DNA from: an uncultured Acidobacteriota bacterium
GTDB lineage: Bacteria; Acidobacteriota; Thermoanaerobaculia; Gp7-AA8
Direction of reading: 5' to 3'
Assembly (NCBI GenBank): GCA_963822445.1
Contig: CAWGHO010000002.1
Coordinates: 1,568,001-1,632,000, forward strand
DNA: 64,000 bases
Position numbers and translations under genes: made by a program. Below, piece by piece: positions 1-9,092 of the stretch; positions within the stretch are counted from its first letter, which is position 1; each line of letters begins with the position of its first letter. Below the pieces are notes generated by a model. It made no database searches. It worked only from the letters and a program-made list of their open reading frames with translations, and was not told the origin of the DNA.

Positions 1-1031
1 AGGAGGTCGAGTTCGCGTACTTCATCTACGCGGCCGCCGTGAGCGCGAGGGTGAAGCAACGGCTGGCCGTCCTTCATTCGGTGGTCGCTGGTCTCGCCGG
101 CATCGAGGGGCGGAAGGCCGTCGTGCTGGTCACGGAGTCTTTGAGTGCCGAACCGGATGCCGACAGGGCACCCACGCCGACTTCCAGCAGCCGCCGGCAA
201 AGCATTGATCTTCGCCCGTTCATTCGCGAGGTCGCCCAGGCAGCCGCCTCCGCCAACGTAACCATTTACGCGCTGCATCCCGAGTACGGCCTCGGGTCCT
301 CGACTTCCGGATCGGTCGAGAACCGGTCGGGAAAGACACTCGGGGTCGATCGCGATTACATGCAGCGCAGCATCACCAATACGCAGGTGAGCCTGCAGAT
401 TTTGAGTGAGATGACCGGCGGCACCTGGCATCGCGGCGAGGGAGGGCTGAGCACGGGCTTTCGCCAGCTCACCGACGACCTCGTGTCGTACTACTCCCTC
501 GGTTACCGGCAGCGTTCCGGCGCGCCGGACAAGCCGCAAAGCTTGCGCGTTCGCATCAAGGGGCGGCCCGACCTCACGGTCCGCTCGCGCGGTGAAGTGG
601 TGCGGAAATCACCGATCCGCCAGATGAACGATCTGGTCATGGCGGGATTTCTGACGCCCGCGCCGAATGACCTCGAGATCGCGATGATCGTCGGAACGCC
701 GGTTCAGGACGCGAAGAAAGCGTGGGCAGTTCCGGTCGATGTCCGGATCCCGCTGGAGAAGCTCACGTTTCTTCGCCAGGGCGATCGCTACGTGGCCAGA
801 TTCAGCGTCCATTTCTCCGCGATGGGCGAGCTCACCGAGTTCGTGAGCGGCGAACCGCGCGAGTTGTCGCTCGAGTTGACGCCCGCCGAATACGCGGAGA
901 TCGCAGGGAAGCAGTATGGCCACAACACCGACCTCCGGATCGCCGCCGGAACGCTGCACATCGCTGTCGGCGTTCGCGACATTCTCGGAGGAACGACGGG
1001 GGTCGTGACCGAGACCATCGATCTGGAGTAG
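1..1031 (+). CDS. VWA domain-containing protein, Acidobacterial type (5' truncated by window)
   Basis: Frame is open from the window start. GRKAVVLVTES, LSEMTGG and YYSLGY motifs are typical of VWFA-related Acidobacterial proteins. Confidence 0.75.
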   Translation, partial: EVEFAYFIYAAAVSARVKQRLAVLHSVVAGLAGIEGRKAVVLVTESLSAEPDADRAPTPTSSSRRQSIDLRPFIREVAQAAASANVTIYALHPEYGLGSSTSGSVENRSGKTLGVDRDYMQRSITNTQVSLQILSEMTGGTWHRGEGGLSTGFRQLTDDLVSYYSLGYRQRSGAPDKPQSLRVRIKGRPDLTVRSRGEVVRKSPIRQMNDLVMAGFLTPAPNDLEIAMIVGTPVQDAKKAWAVPVDVRIPLEKLTFLRQGDRYVARFSVHFSAMGELTEFVSGEPRELSLELTPAEYAEIAGKQYGHNTDLRIAAGTLHIAVGVRDILGGTTGVVTETIDLE

Positions 1032-1032
1032 C

Positions 1033-2874
1033 TCACGGCTTCTTCGCGACGCGGCTTCCGTCCTTCGACGGGCCGTACGGGCTGACGTAGATGGCGCGCT
1101 CGACGACCGGCGCATTCTTGTCGTCGCCGGGCTCGCGCACCGCGGGCAGGATCAGCCGGGTAATGAGATCGGTCGACACGGCGGTCATTCCTTTGCGGCT
1201 GAAGAAGTTTCCGGCGAAGGTCGCGATGACGAGGTCGAGCTCGGGGATGACGGTCGCGATCTGCCCTCCCGCGCCGCGCGCGGAGTAGGTGCGGACCATT
1301 CGGTCCTTGTATGGGTAATCTTCGACCCACCACTGATAGCCGTAATGGATGTTGCGCAGGTTGTAGAGCGGTGAGACGGCGCGCGCCGCGAACTGTTCGC
1401 CGACGATCCGGCGGCCCTGCCATGTGCCGCCGTCGAGCATCACCTGGCCGAACTTGATGAAGTCGCGCAGGATCAGATTCGTGCTGCCGCCGCCGTACGG
1501 ATTTCCCGCGGGATCGAGGCCCCACTCGTAGCGGCGGATCTTCATCGGCTCGCCGACCAGGCGATCGAAGAGCGAGATCGGGTCTTCCTTTGCGGCGCGG
1601 CCGGCCATGCCGAGGGCCAGGTTGGGGATGGCGCTGCAGTAGACGGAGTTCTCGCCCGGCGGTGTGGCCAGCGGAACCTTCATCGTGAAGCGGTAGAAGT
1701 CAGGCTCCGCGGTCTGGTCCCACATCCCGTCTTCGTTGCCCGGCGCCTGTTCGTTCGTGTCGTCGCAGAAGTAACCGGCCGACATCGTCAGCAGGTCCTC
1801 GAGCGTCATCGCCCGTTTCTGCGGTTCGATGTCGGGTGGAAACTCGCCGGCGTTCATCACCTGATAGACGGGGCTGGAGAGCTTCAGCGGAACGCCGGCG
1901 TGCATGGCCGCGCCGACGACGAGCGCGGTCAGGCTCTTCGACGCGGAACGGGTGGTGTGGAGGCTGTCGCGATGTTCGTCGTGAAAGTACTCCTCCAGGA
2001 CCAGCTTGCCGTGCCGCGCGATGACGAGGCCGTGGAACTGCGCCGCGTCCGTCGAGTCCATCGGCATGTCGAGAAGGCCCTGGACGAGCTTCTCCATCGC
2101 CGGGCGATCGATGTTCTCCGCATCGACCGTGCTCACCGGCCAGCCGTCGTCGCGCGCGAGCGGCGGGCGGTATGTGTAGCGGCCCGGTTGTTTGCCGCGG
2201 GGATAGAACGCGCTGTCGTCGGTGTCGCGAACGAAGTCGTAGCTGCCGCCGCGCGAGGGAAAGCCGAGGGTGATTCCGCCGGCGTCGGGGTCGTAGGTGC
2301 CGGTTGCGACTTCCAGCGGTTCGCCGCGCCGTTTGCCCATCAGCTTCACCGCGTTGCCGTCGCGCGTGAGCCGCTCCACGCCGTACTGCGTGCCGATGTC
2401 GCGCTCGGGATTGCGCAGGACGGCGCGCAACGAGCCATCCGCTTGCGGTTGAAGGAGCAGATAGAGGGTGAAGGTGTCCTCCTGCGGATCGACGGTGCCG
2501 CTCCATCGATTCGAATCGTCCGCTTTGAGCACGACCGGCGAAGCGCTGACCGGCGTCGTTCTCTCGATGCCATTCACGCGCGTTCCCATCCGCAGCCAAT
2601 GGCCGCGGATCGTTTCCTTGCCGGCGAGCTTTCCGCGGAACGTCCCGTTGCCCGGCAGCGTGAACGTGAGCTGGCCGTTCGCGAGTGCGACCGGCAGGAC
2701 GCGACCGGCGAAGTCGGCGGTCCATGTGTCGCCGCTGCGCTGCAGCACGAGCGTGCCGCGCGCGTCGGGACCGAATCGCTTCTTCGCTTTCCAGAGTCCG
2801 GAGAGGTCGTTCGCGGAGATGCTGGTGGCGAAGACGGCGAGCAGAACGAGTGCGGACAGACGGACGGATCTCAT
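1033..2874 (-). CDS. Secreted serine hydrolase, beta-lactamase (AmpC-like) family
   Basis: Signal peptide MRSVRLSALVLLAVFA, SxxK motif (RSASKS), LLTMSAG, YCS and ARGAGGQ. Start moved to the ATG at 2874. Confidence 0.85.
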   Translation of the reverse strand: MRSVRLSALVLLAVFATSISANDLSGLWKAKKRFGPDARGTLVLQRSGDTWTADFAGRVLPVALANGQLTFTLPGNGTFRGKLAGKETIRGHWLRMGTRVNGIERTTPVSASPVVLKADDSNRWSGTVDPQEDTFTLYLLLQPQADGSLRAVLRNPERDIGTQYGVERLTRDGNAVKLMGKRRGEPLEVATGTYDPDAGGITLGFPSRGGSYDFVRDTDDSAFYPRGKQPGRYTYRPPLARDDGWPVSTVDAENIDRPAMEKLVQGLLDMPMDSTDAAQFHGLVIARHGKLVLEEYFHDEHRDSLHTTRSASKSLTALVVGAAMHAGVPLKLSSPVYQVMNAGEFPPDIEPQKRAMTLEDLLTMSAGYFCDDTNEQAPGNEDGMWDQTAEPDFYRFTMKVPLATPPGENSVYCSAIPNLALGMAGRAAKEDPISLFDRLVGEPMKIRRYEWGLDPAGNPYGGGSTNLILRDFIKFGQVMLDGGTWQGRRIVGEQFAARAVSPLYNLRNIHYGYQWWVEDYPYKDRMVRTYSARGAGGQIATVIPELDLVIATFAGNFFSRKGMTAVSTDLITRLILPAVREPGDDKNAPVVERAIYVSPYGPSKDGSRVAKKP

Positions 2875-2924
2875 CGCTGTGGTGATAGACGACAGGAAGG
2901 GCTTTGACGTTAGATCATGCATCG

Positions 2925-3947
2925 ATGAAGAAACTGCTGATCGCGGTGGTGGCAATCGCGCTGGTCGTCTGGGTGATCTCCTGGTTCCGCGTCCCCGGCG
3001 TCGTGGCCACGTCGGCAGCCAGGCCGTGGCCGGGAGGGATGGGAACGCTCGACTCCCTCGCCGCGCGGTCGCAGCAGCAGAAAGCGAACGAAGCGTCCGT
3101 GAAGCTGACCGCGCTCGCCAGAGCCTTGCCGAAGAACGAAGCGGCCGACGAGTTCGTGGCGCGCGAGATCGCGCGGGGCGAGCTCACGATCGGCGCGCCG
3201 CCGGCGCTTCCCGACGTCGCCGCGATTCGTGAGCTCCTGCTGCGCGAGGCCGTGGTCTGGCAGAGCGTCGAGGGGATCGGCGGGGATGACGATACGCAGT
3301 CGCGGCGCACGCTGCAGATGACGATGGCCAGAATGCTCGTCGCGAGCGCGCTGGCGAAAGCGCGCGCAAACGATCCCGCGGCGTGGGACGACCTGCACGC
3401 CGTCTGGAAGCTCGCGCGCTCACTGGAAGGGCATCACCAGATGATGTTGCAGACCGCGGCGCTGTCGATGGCCCGGATGGTCAACGCCGTCGCCTGGAAG
3501 ATGCCGCTGCCCGCGCCGGCGTGGCTCGGCGAATTGCAGGAACGCGACAGCGTGCGGCCGCTTCTCGAAGCGTTTCAGCACCAGACCGCGTCGTACATGC
3601 AGAGTGGCGTGGAGCTCTTTCCAACGAAGTCGCTCGCCAACTCCGTCGAGCACGATCGCCTGATCGCCGAAGAGGTGTTCAACACAACACGCTGCGATGT
3701 GAACGTACGCATGAACAAGCTCGGGACCGACCTGGCCACGGTCTGGCGCCGCGCGTTCCGCTATCGCGCCGAGCGCGAGGCGACGGCGAACGCGTTACGG
3801 GTGCGCGAGGGAAAGCCGATCGAGACCACTTCGCGATGCAGCGACGGCGCGTGGGCGTTCGACGGGACGACGTTGCGCTTCAGCCGGGAGATCCCCACCG
3901 CCGCCCCGGACCGGCCCATGCCCCTGGTCCTGCGAATCGCGCCGTAG
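2925..3947 (+). CDS. Hypothetical membrane-anchored or exported helical protein
   Basis: Long ORF beginning [20 protein letters not shown] (hydrophobic anchor). No recognisable motif. Confidence 0.7.
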   Translation: MKKLLIAVVAIALVVWVISWFRVPGVVATSAARPWPGGMGTLDSLAARSQQQKANEASVKLTALARALPKNEAADEFVAREIARGELTIGAPPALPDVAAIRELLLREAVVWQSVEGIGGDDDTQSRRTLQMTMARMLVASALAKARANDPAAWDDLHAVWKLARSLEGHHQMMLQTAALSMARMVNAVAWKMPLPAPAWLGELQERDSVRPLLEAFQHQTASYMQSGVELFPTKSLANSVEHDRLIAEEVFNTTRCDVNVRMNKLGTDLATVWRRAFRYRAEREATANALRVREGKPIETTSRCSDGAWAFDGTTLRFSREIPTAAPDRPMPLVLRIAP

Positions 3948-3992
3948 GGAAGCAATTTTCGGTTTGCATTCCGTAGTTATTTGCTTCTACGA

Positions 3993-5552
3993 ATGCGATC
4001 CCCGGTCCCGGCAATCGTCTGTTTTCTCGTGAGCTCCGCGGTGCTCGCGCAGCCCATCGAGCCGCATTACGGCGAGTCGAACGGCGGATTTCCCAGCTGG
4101 CAGGAGCGCGCGGTCGCCCAGCTCACGAATCGCGCGCGGGTCGCGCCGGCGACGGAGCTGGCGGCATGTCCTGCAGGCCGCTGCCTCGAGGCGGCCTGTT
4201 ACTCGCCCAGAGCGCCGCTGGTGTGGCACTACGACCTCAATCGGGCCGCGCGATTTCATTCGCTGTCGATGGGGATGTTCCCGTTCTTCGCCCACAACAC
4301 GCCGTGCACGTTGTTCAGCGACCTCGACGACCGGTTCCCCGGAACCTCCAATGGATCGTTCGCCTCATCGTGCAGCAGCAGCGGATCGACGTCCGCCGGC
4401 TCGCGAGTGAACCTGTTCGGCGCGGCGTACGGCGGCGAAAACGTCGCCGCCGGCCAGGACACGCCCCACTCGGTGTTCTATGCCTGGCTGTACGAAAGCA
4501 CGAACACCAGCGCCTGCGGCTTCACCCTTCAGAACGGGCACCGCTACAACATCCTCACGAACAACGGTCCGGCACTCGGCGTCGGCTACGCGGCGGTCGG
4601 TGGCTCGCCGTGGGGAACGTACTGGACGCAGGACTTCGGCGGCTCCGGATCGATTCCGAAGATCCCCTCCGGATCGCACTGGACGGCGGGGGAGAACCTT
4701 CGCGACCCGAGTCCGGGCGACAACAGCGTCGAATTCTGGGCGAACTGGTACGACCTCGCCGGCGGTGCGCCGGCGACCGCGACGGTCGTTCTCGACAATG
4801 CTCCGATCGCGATGACGCGCACTCGCGGGACCGCGACGAACGGCGCGTTCACCGCAACGGTCAACGGCGTTTCGACGGCGTGTCACACGTATTACTTCTC
4901 GTTCGTCGACTCGTCGCTCAACACCGTCCGCTACCCGACGACCGGCGTTCTGGGCTTCGGCGGGGGCTGTCCCGATTATCAAGGTGGTGAAATCGCCCCT
5001 GCGGCGCCGACGGGTGTGACTGCAACCGCCACGGCGAGCACGCAGGTGCAGGTGACGTGGACCGCGGTCAGCGGCGCGACGTCCTACGAGATCTGGCGGC
5101 GCGCTCCGGGCGGCTCATTCGCGCTGCGCGGAACGTCGCTTACGACTTCGTACAACGACACCACTTCCGCCAATACCGCGTATCTCTATCGCGTGCGCGC
5201 CGTGAACGCAGGCGGATCGTCGGGCGACTCGGCATACGACCTCGCCACGACGGTGATGTTCACCGACGACCCGCTCGTCGCAGGCGTGCTCGTGAAAGCG
5301 ATCCATCTCAGCGAATTGCGAACCGCCGTCACTGCTGTTCGAGCCCAGGCAAACCTGAGCGCGGCCACCTACACCGACGTCGTGGCAACCGGCGTGACAG
5401 TGAAGGCGATTCACATCACCGAGCTCCGCACCTACCTCGACCAGGCCATGACCGCCCTCGGCCTCACGACCGGAGGATGGACGGACGCGAGTCTCACCGG
5501 GGTCGTGTTCAAGACGACGCACGTGCAGCAGATCCGGAATCGTGTGAAGTAA
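3993..5552 (+). CDS. Secreted CAP (SCP) domain protein with FN3 domain and C-terminal repeat domain
   Basis: Signal peptide; LTNRAR, AARFHS, GENVAAG, GHRYNIL and YWTQDFG (CAP); WTAVSGATSYEIWR and YLYRVRAVN (FN3). Confidence 0.85.
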   Translation: MRSPVPAIVCFLVSSAVLAQPIEPHYGESNGGFPSWQERAVAQLTNRARVAPATELAACPAGRCLEAACYSPRAPLVWHYDLNRAARFHSLSMGMFPFFAHNTPCTLFSDLDDRFPGTSNGSFASSCSSSGSTSAGSRVNLFGAAYGGENVAAGQDTPHSVFYAWLYESTNTSACGFTLQNGHRYNILTNNGPALGVGYAAVGGSPWGTYWTQDFGGSGSIPKIPSGSHWTAGENLRDPSPGDNSVEFWANWYDLAGGAPATATVVLDNAPIAMTRTRGTATNGAFTATVNGVSTACHTYYFSFVDSSLNTVRYPTTGVLGFGGGCPDYQGGEIAPAAPTGVTATATASTQVQVTWTAVSGATSYEIWRRAPGGSFALRGTSLTTSYNDTTSANTAYLYRVRAVNAGGSSGDSAYDLATTVMFTDDPLVAGVLVKAIHLSELRTAVTAVRAQANLSAATYTDVVATGVTVKAIHITELRTYLDQAMTALGLTTGGWTDASLTGVVFKTTHVQQIRNRVK

Positions 5553-5583
5553 CATCGCCCTCCCGAACAAGGAGCACACGCAT

Positions 5584-6060
5584 ATGCAGCCGAAAAACAC
5601 GATCTGTCTCTGGTTCAACAAAGACGCCGAGGAGGCCGCGCGCTTCTACGCTGCCACCTTCCCGAATAGTGAAGTGACCGGCGTGCACAAGGCGCCCGCG
5701 GACTACCCCGGCGGCAAGAAGGGCGATGTGTTGACGGTGAACTTCACCGTCTTCGGCATTCCCTGTCTCGGTCTCAACGGCGGCCCGGAGTTCCCGCACA
5801 CCGAAGCTTTCTCCTTCCAGATCGCGACGGACGATCAGGAAGAGACGGATCGCTACTGGAATGCGATCGTCGGCAACGGCGGGCAGGAAAGCCAGTGCGG
5901 CTGGTGCAAGGACCGCTGGGGTCTCAACTGGCAGATCACGCCTCGCGTGCTTTCCGATGCCCTGGCGGCTGGCGGCGACGAGGCGAAGCGCGCCTTCGAA
6001 GCGATGATGCCGATGCAGAAGATCGATGTTGCCACGATCGAGGCGGCGCGGCGGGGCTGA
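5584..6060 (+). CDS. VOC/PhnB-like family protein (3-demethylubiquinone-9 3-methyltransferase-like)
   Basis: CLWFNKDAEEAARFY, LNGGP, CGWCKDRWGLNWQI and MQKID; AAGGAG RBS upstream. Confidence 0.9.
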   Translation: MQPKNTICLWFNKDAEEAARFYAATFPNSEVTGVHKAPADYPGGKKGDVLTVNFTVFGIPCLGLNGGPEFPHTEAFSFQIATDDQEETDRYWNAIVGNGGQESQCGWCKDRWGLNWQITPRVLSDALAAGGDEAKRAFEAMMPMQKIDVATIEAARRG

Positions 6061-6364
6061 CCGGAGCTCGCGCAGTTTCGTCGGCACCCAACCGTCCATC
6101 TACGGCGGCGCCGTCTTTCGTAAAGCGCATCGCAACTCCACGACGACAGTAGCTCGTCCCTGACACGGAGATGGCGCGATTCGCCTGATCGAATCGCTGC
6201 GTCGAGCCGCCCACGATGGCCGACATCCGTGGTGAAACGATTTCGCCGCTGGCGTCACTATCTCAGCGGGACCACATCCACAACAATCGAACGGTTCACG
6301 AGTCACGGCGCGGCCTCCGCTCGTTCGCTGATCGAGACCGGTGTCTCGTCCGAAGGAGTTACTC

Positions 6365-8596
6365 ATGAAACGGCTGCGCTTATGGCTCACGCTCGTCACC
6401 GCGCTCTCGACTGCGACTGTCGCGACCGCCCTCGATGAAATCACCTTGATCGACCGATCGATACAAAAAGGAACCGTCATCGCAACGTCACCGACGGCGG
6501 TAACACTCGAGGTTAGCGGGAAACGAGTCTCCCTTCCGGTCAACGAAATCGTCGCGATCAGTTATGAACGCGAACCGATCGCGCTCCGGGCCGCGCGCGG
6601 CGCTGCCGGCGCACGACGATATGACGTGGCCCTCCGGCGGCTCGCCACAATCACGCCGAGGGCGGTGAGCCGCGACCTCATCGCGCAGGACGTCGCCTAT
6701 CTCAAGGCGTATGCAGCGGCGAAACTTGCCACGAACGGCGAAGGCGACAAGAACGAAGCGATGGCGACACTCCAGTCGTTCGTGGCGCAGTACAAGAACA
6801 GCTCTCACCAATTCGCCGCGATCGAAACACTCGGTGATCTCGCGGCCGCCAATCGACAGTACGACGCAAGCGCGGGCTACTACAACGCCCTTGCCCGTGC
6901 GCCGTGGCTGTCATACCGGCTGCATGCCGCAGTGCTCGAGGCGCGCTCACTCCACGCCCAGCACAAGTGCGATGAGGCCATCAGGAAATACGACAGCGTC
7001 ATTGCGGCGGAGAAGAGGAACATCCCCGGAGTCGAAGAGCAGCGGGCTCTTGCCGTGATCGGCAAAATGGCCTGTCTCGTCGCAAGCAACGGCTATCCGG
7101 GCAAAGCGATGGTCCCCATCGCGGAACTGCATGTCGCGAGCTACACCTGGACCTACCATGACGGCTGCTGCTGGGAGTTCACACTCGCCCAGCATTGGGG
7201 CATCCCTGGGAACATCATGTACGTCGAGGCGCAGATCACCACGCCAGGCGTAACCCTCACAAACCCCAGCGGCCCAGCAGGCGCCCAGGCGCCGATCGTG
7301 ATGTCGCCAACGTCAGTCAAGTGGCACATGCCCCCACCCGACGGCCTGTGGAATGCACCCCAAATCGTCACCGTGTGTTTCAACAGCAGCGTTCCGCCGG
7401 GCGGCGGCGGCGTCACTTTGACCTTCACGGGCTACGACGGCGCGGGCAATACATATTTGCCGTTGCAGCAAACATCGGAAACAGTGGCGCAGTGGGGTGA
7501 GTGCGACAAGCTGCCCGACCTCTGGATGAAAGACACGATGGCCCCGGATCTCCCTGAAGATTTCGCCTTCGAGCCGAACACCGTGTCGCAGTGGATGTGG
7601 ATCAGCCGCGACATCTGGGTACGGACGAGTCCCGCCACGGCTGGTCCGAGCTCGAATCCAGGTCCGGATACCGCGTTACCAGCCGACGCTGCCTACAGTG
7701 CGGAGCATCAGCACCAGAGCCCCGTGCACATCGACATGAGCACGCCGAGCTTCGTGTATGTGAAAGTGCGCAACCGTGGCAATGAGTGGAGCGGCGGCGG
7801 AGTGCTGCGCGTGTATTGGGCTGATGCGAGCGCCGGGTTGAACTGGCCCGGCACCAACCTGTGGAACGAGATCGATTGCGACTCAACGACCAGCGCGATC
7901 GATCCGTGCGCGCTGCAAAGCATCGCCCCATTGAATGACTACGTCGTGGAACTGCCGTGGATCCCGCCCAACCCGCAACTGTTCGGCGGCAATCGGCACT
8001 TCTGTCTCATCGCGCGTATCGAGACGGTGCCGTGGGGAACGTTCGGTATGACATTCCCCGAAGGCTCGGGTCTCTGGCAAAACGTCGCGGACAACAACAA
8101 CATCGCCTGGAAGAATCTGACCGTCCTCAGCCCGCAGCTGAACACCGCCGGCACCGGGAACGTGATCGTCCGCAATCCGCTCGACCATGCCGTCCCTCTC
8201 ACCTTGCAGTTCGCAGTACCGGCGCGGGAGCGACGCGATCATTTCCTGCGTTACGGAGACATTGTCATCGACCTCGGTGAGGTGCTCATGCAGAAGTGGC
8301 GGGAGACTGGGAAGCGCCCGGCAGGGTTCGAGGTCGTCGGCAAGACCACGATCAGGATCACGGATCCGACCAACGCGCAGCTCAGCGGGCTCCGCTTCCG
8401 CACAGGAGAGCAGCACACCATCGAGGTCCGCATGCAACTCCGGCGCGGTGTCAGGCTGCCAGCAGGCACCACGTTCACCTGGGACCTGATCGAGCTGGCG
8501 CCACTCACAACCGATGCTCGACCGACGGCGATCGGCGGCGAACGGTACACCTTCACGGTGCCCAAGTCTCGTCAAACGCAGGCCGCCCCGGAGTAA
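6365..8596 (+). CDS. Secreted multidomain protein: N-terminal TPR-like helical region plus C-terminal beta-rich domains
   Basis: AAGGAG RBS before ATG 6365 and a signal peptide. The Ala-rich helical first ~240 aa is followed by DLWMKD, DIWVR, YVKVRNRG, VYWADA, CLIARI and NNNIAWKNL. Confidence 0.7.
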   Translation: MKRLRLWLTLVTALSTATVATALDEITLIDRSIQKGTVIATSPTAVTLEVSGKRVSLPVNEIVAISYEREPIALRAARGAAGARRYDVALRRLATITPRAVSRDLIAQDVAYLKAYAAAKLATNGEGDKNEAMATLQSFVAQYKNSSHQFAAIETLGDLAAANRQYDASAGYYNALARAPWLSYRLHAAVLEARSLHAQHKCDEAIRKYDSVIAAEKRNIPGVEEQRALAVIGKMACLVASNGYPGKAMVPIAELHVASYTWTYHDGCCWEFTLAQHWGIPGNIMYVEAQITTPGVTLTNPSGPAGAQAPIVMSPTSVKWHMPPPDGLWNAPQIVTVCFNSSVPPGGGGVTLTFTGYDGAGNTYLPLQQTSETVAQWGECDKLPDLWMKDTMAPDLPEDFAFEPNTVSQWMWISRDIWVRTSPATAGPSSNPGPDTALPADAAYSAEHQHQSPVHIDMSTPSFVYVKVRNRGNEWSGGGVLRVYWADASAGLNWPGTNLWNEIDCDSTTSAIDPCALQSIAPLNDYVVELPWIPPNPQLFGGNRHFCLIARIETVPWGTFGMTFPEGSGLWQNVADNNNIAWKNLTVLSPQLNTAGTGNVIVRNPLDHAVPLTLQFAVPARERRDHFLRYGDIVIDLGEVLMQKWRETGKRPAGFEVVGKTTIRITDPTNAQLSGLRFRTGEQHTIEVRMQLRRGVRLPAGTTFTWDLIELAPLTTDARPTAIGGERYTFTVPKSRQTQAAPE

Positions 8597-8612
8597 CGGA
8601 CGGCGAACCATC

Positions 8613-8649
8613 GCGGGCCGAGTCGGCGAACGCGACCGGGTCGGCCCGC
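8613..8649. terminator. GC-rich hairpin between convergent genes
   Basis: GCGGGCCGA...TCGGCCCGC inverted repeat; no clear U-tract. Confidence 0.3.
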
Positions 8650-8676
8650 TTCGATCGTTCTGAAGGGAAAGGACTC

Positions 8677-9075
8677 CTATCCCTGGCGATCGAGCCAGGT
8701 CTTGATCCTGGACCAGTACTGATCGCGCCAGTTCTGTTCGGTCTCCGGAATCAAATCCTTCGGAACGCCGCGATGCACCAGCACGAGCTCCGTCCCGCCA
8801 TCAGGCGTCGGCGTCAGCGTGACCGCGGCCATCGAGAAGATGCCCTCCGGGAATCGGCGGTGACGCCAGGCCTGAACGATGCGCCGCCCGGGCACGAGAT
8901 CGACGTTGACTCCGGTGACATCACTCTCACCGATGGAGAAGGTCCCGCCGATCTTCGTGCTGATGTTCGCCGGCCGGCCGGTGAACGCGGCGTGCTTTCG
9001 CGAGTCGGCCAGAAGATCGTAGACCGTAGCCGGATCGGCCTTGAACTTCACGCGCTGTTTGATCGTTTTGCACAT
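8677..9075 (-). CDS. SRPBCC/AHSA1 domain protein
   Basis: MCKTIKQRVKF, VYDLLAD, LVPGRRIVQAWR, GTELVLVHRGVP and W..YW. Confidence 0.88.
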   Translation of the reverse strand: MCKTIKQRVKFKADPATVYDLLADSRKHAAFTGRPANISTKIGGTFSIGESDVTGVNVDLVPGRRIVQAWRHRRFPEGIFSMAAVTLTPTPDGGTELVLVHRGVPKDLIPETEQNWRDQYWSRIKTWLDRQG

Positions 9076-9092
9076 GGTTGGGTCGTCGAATA

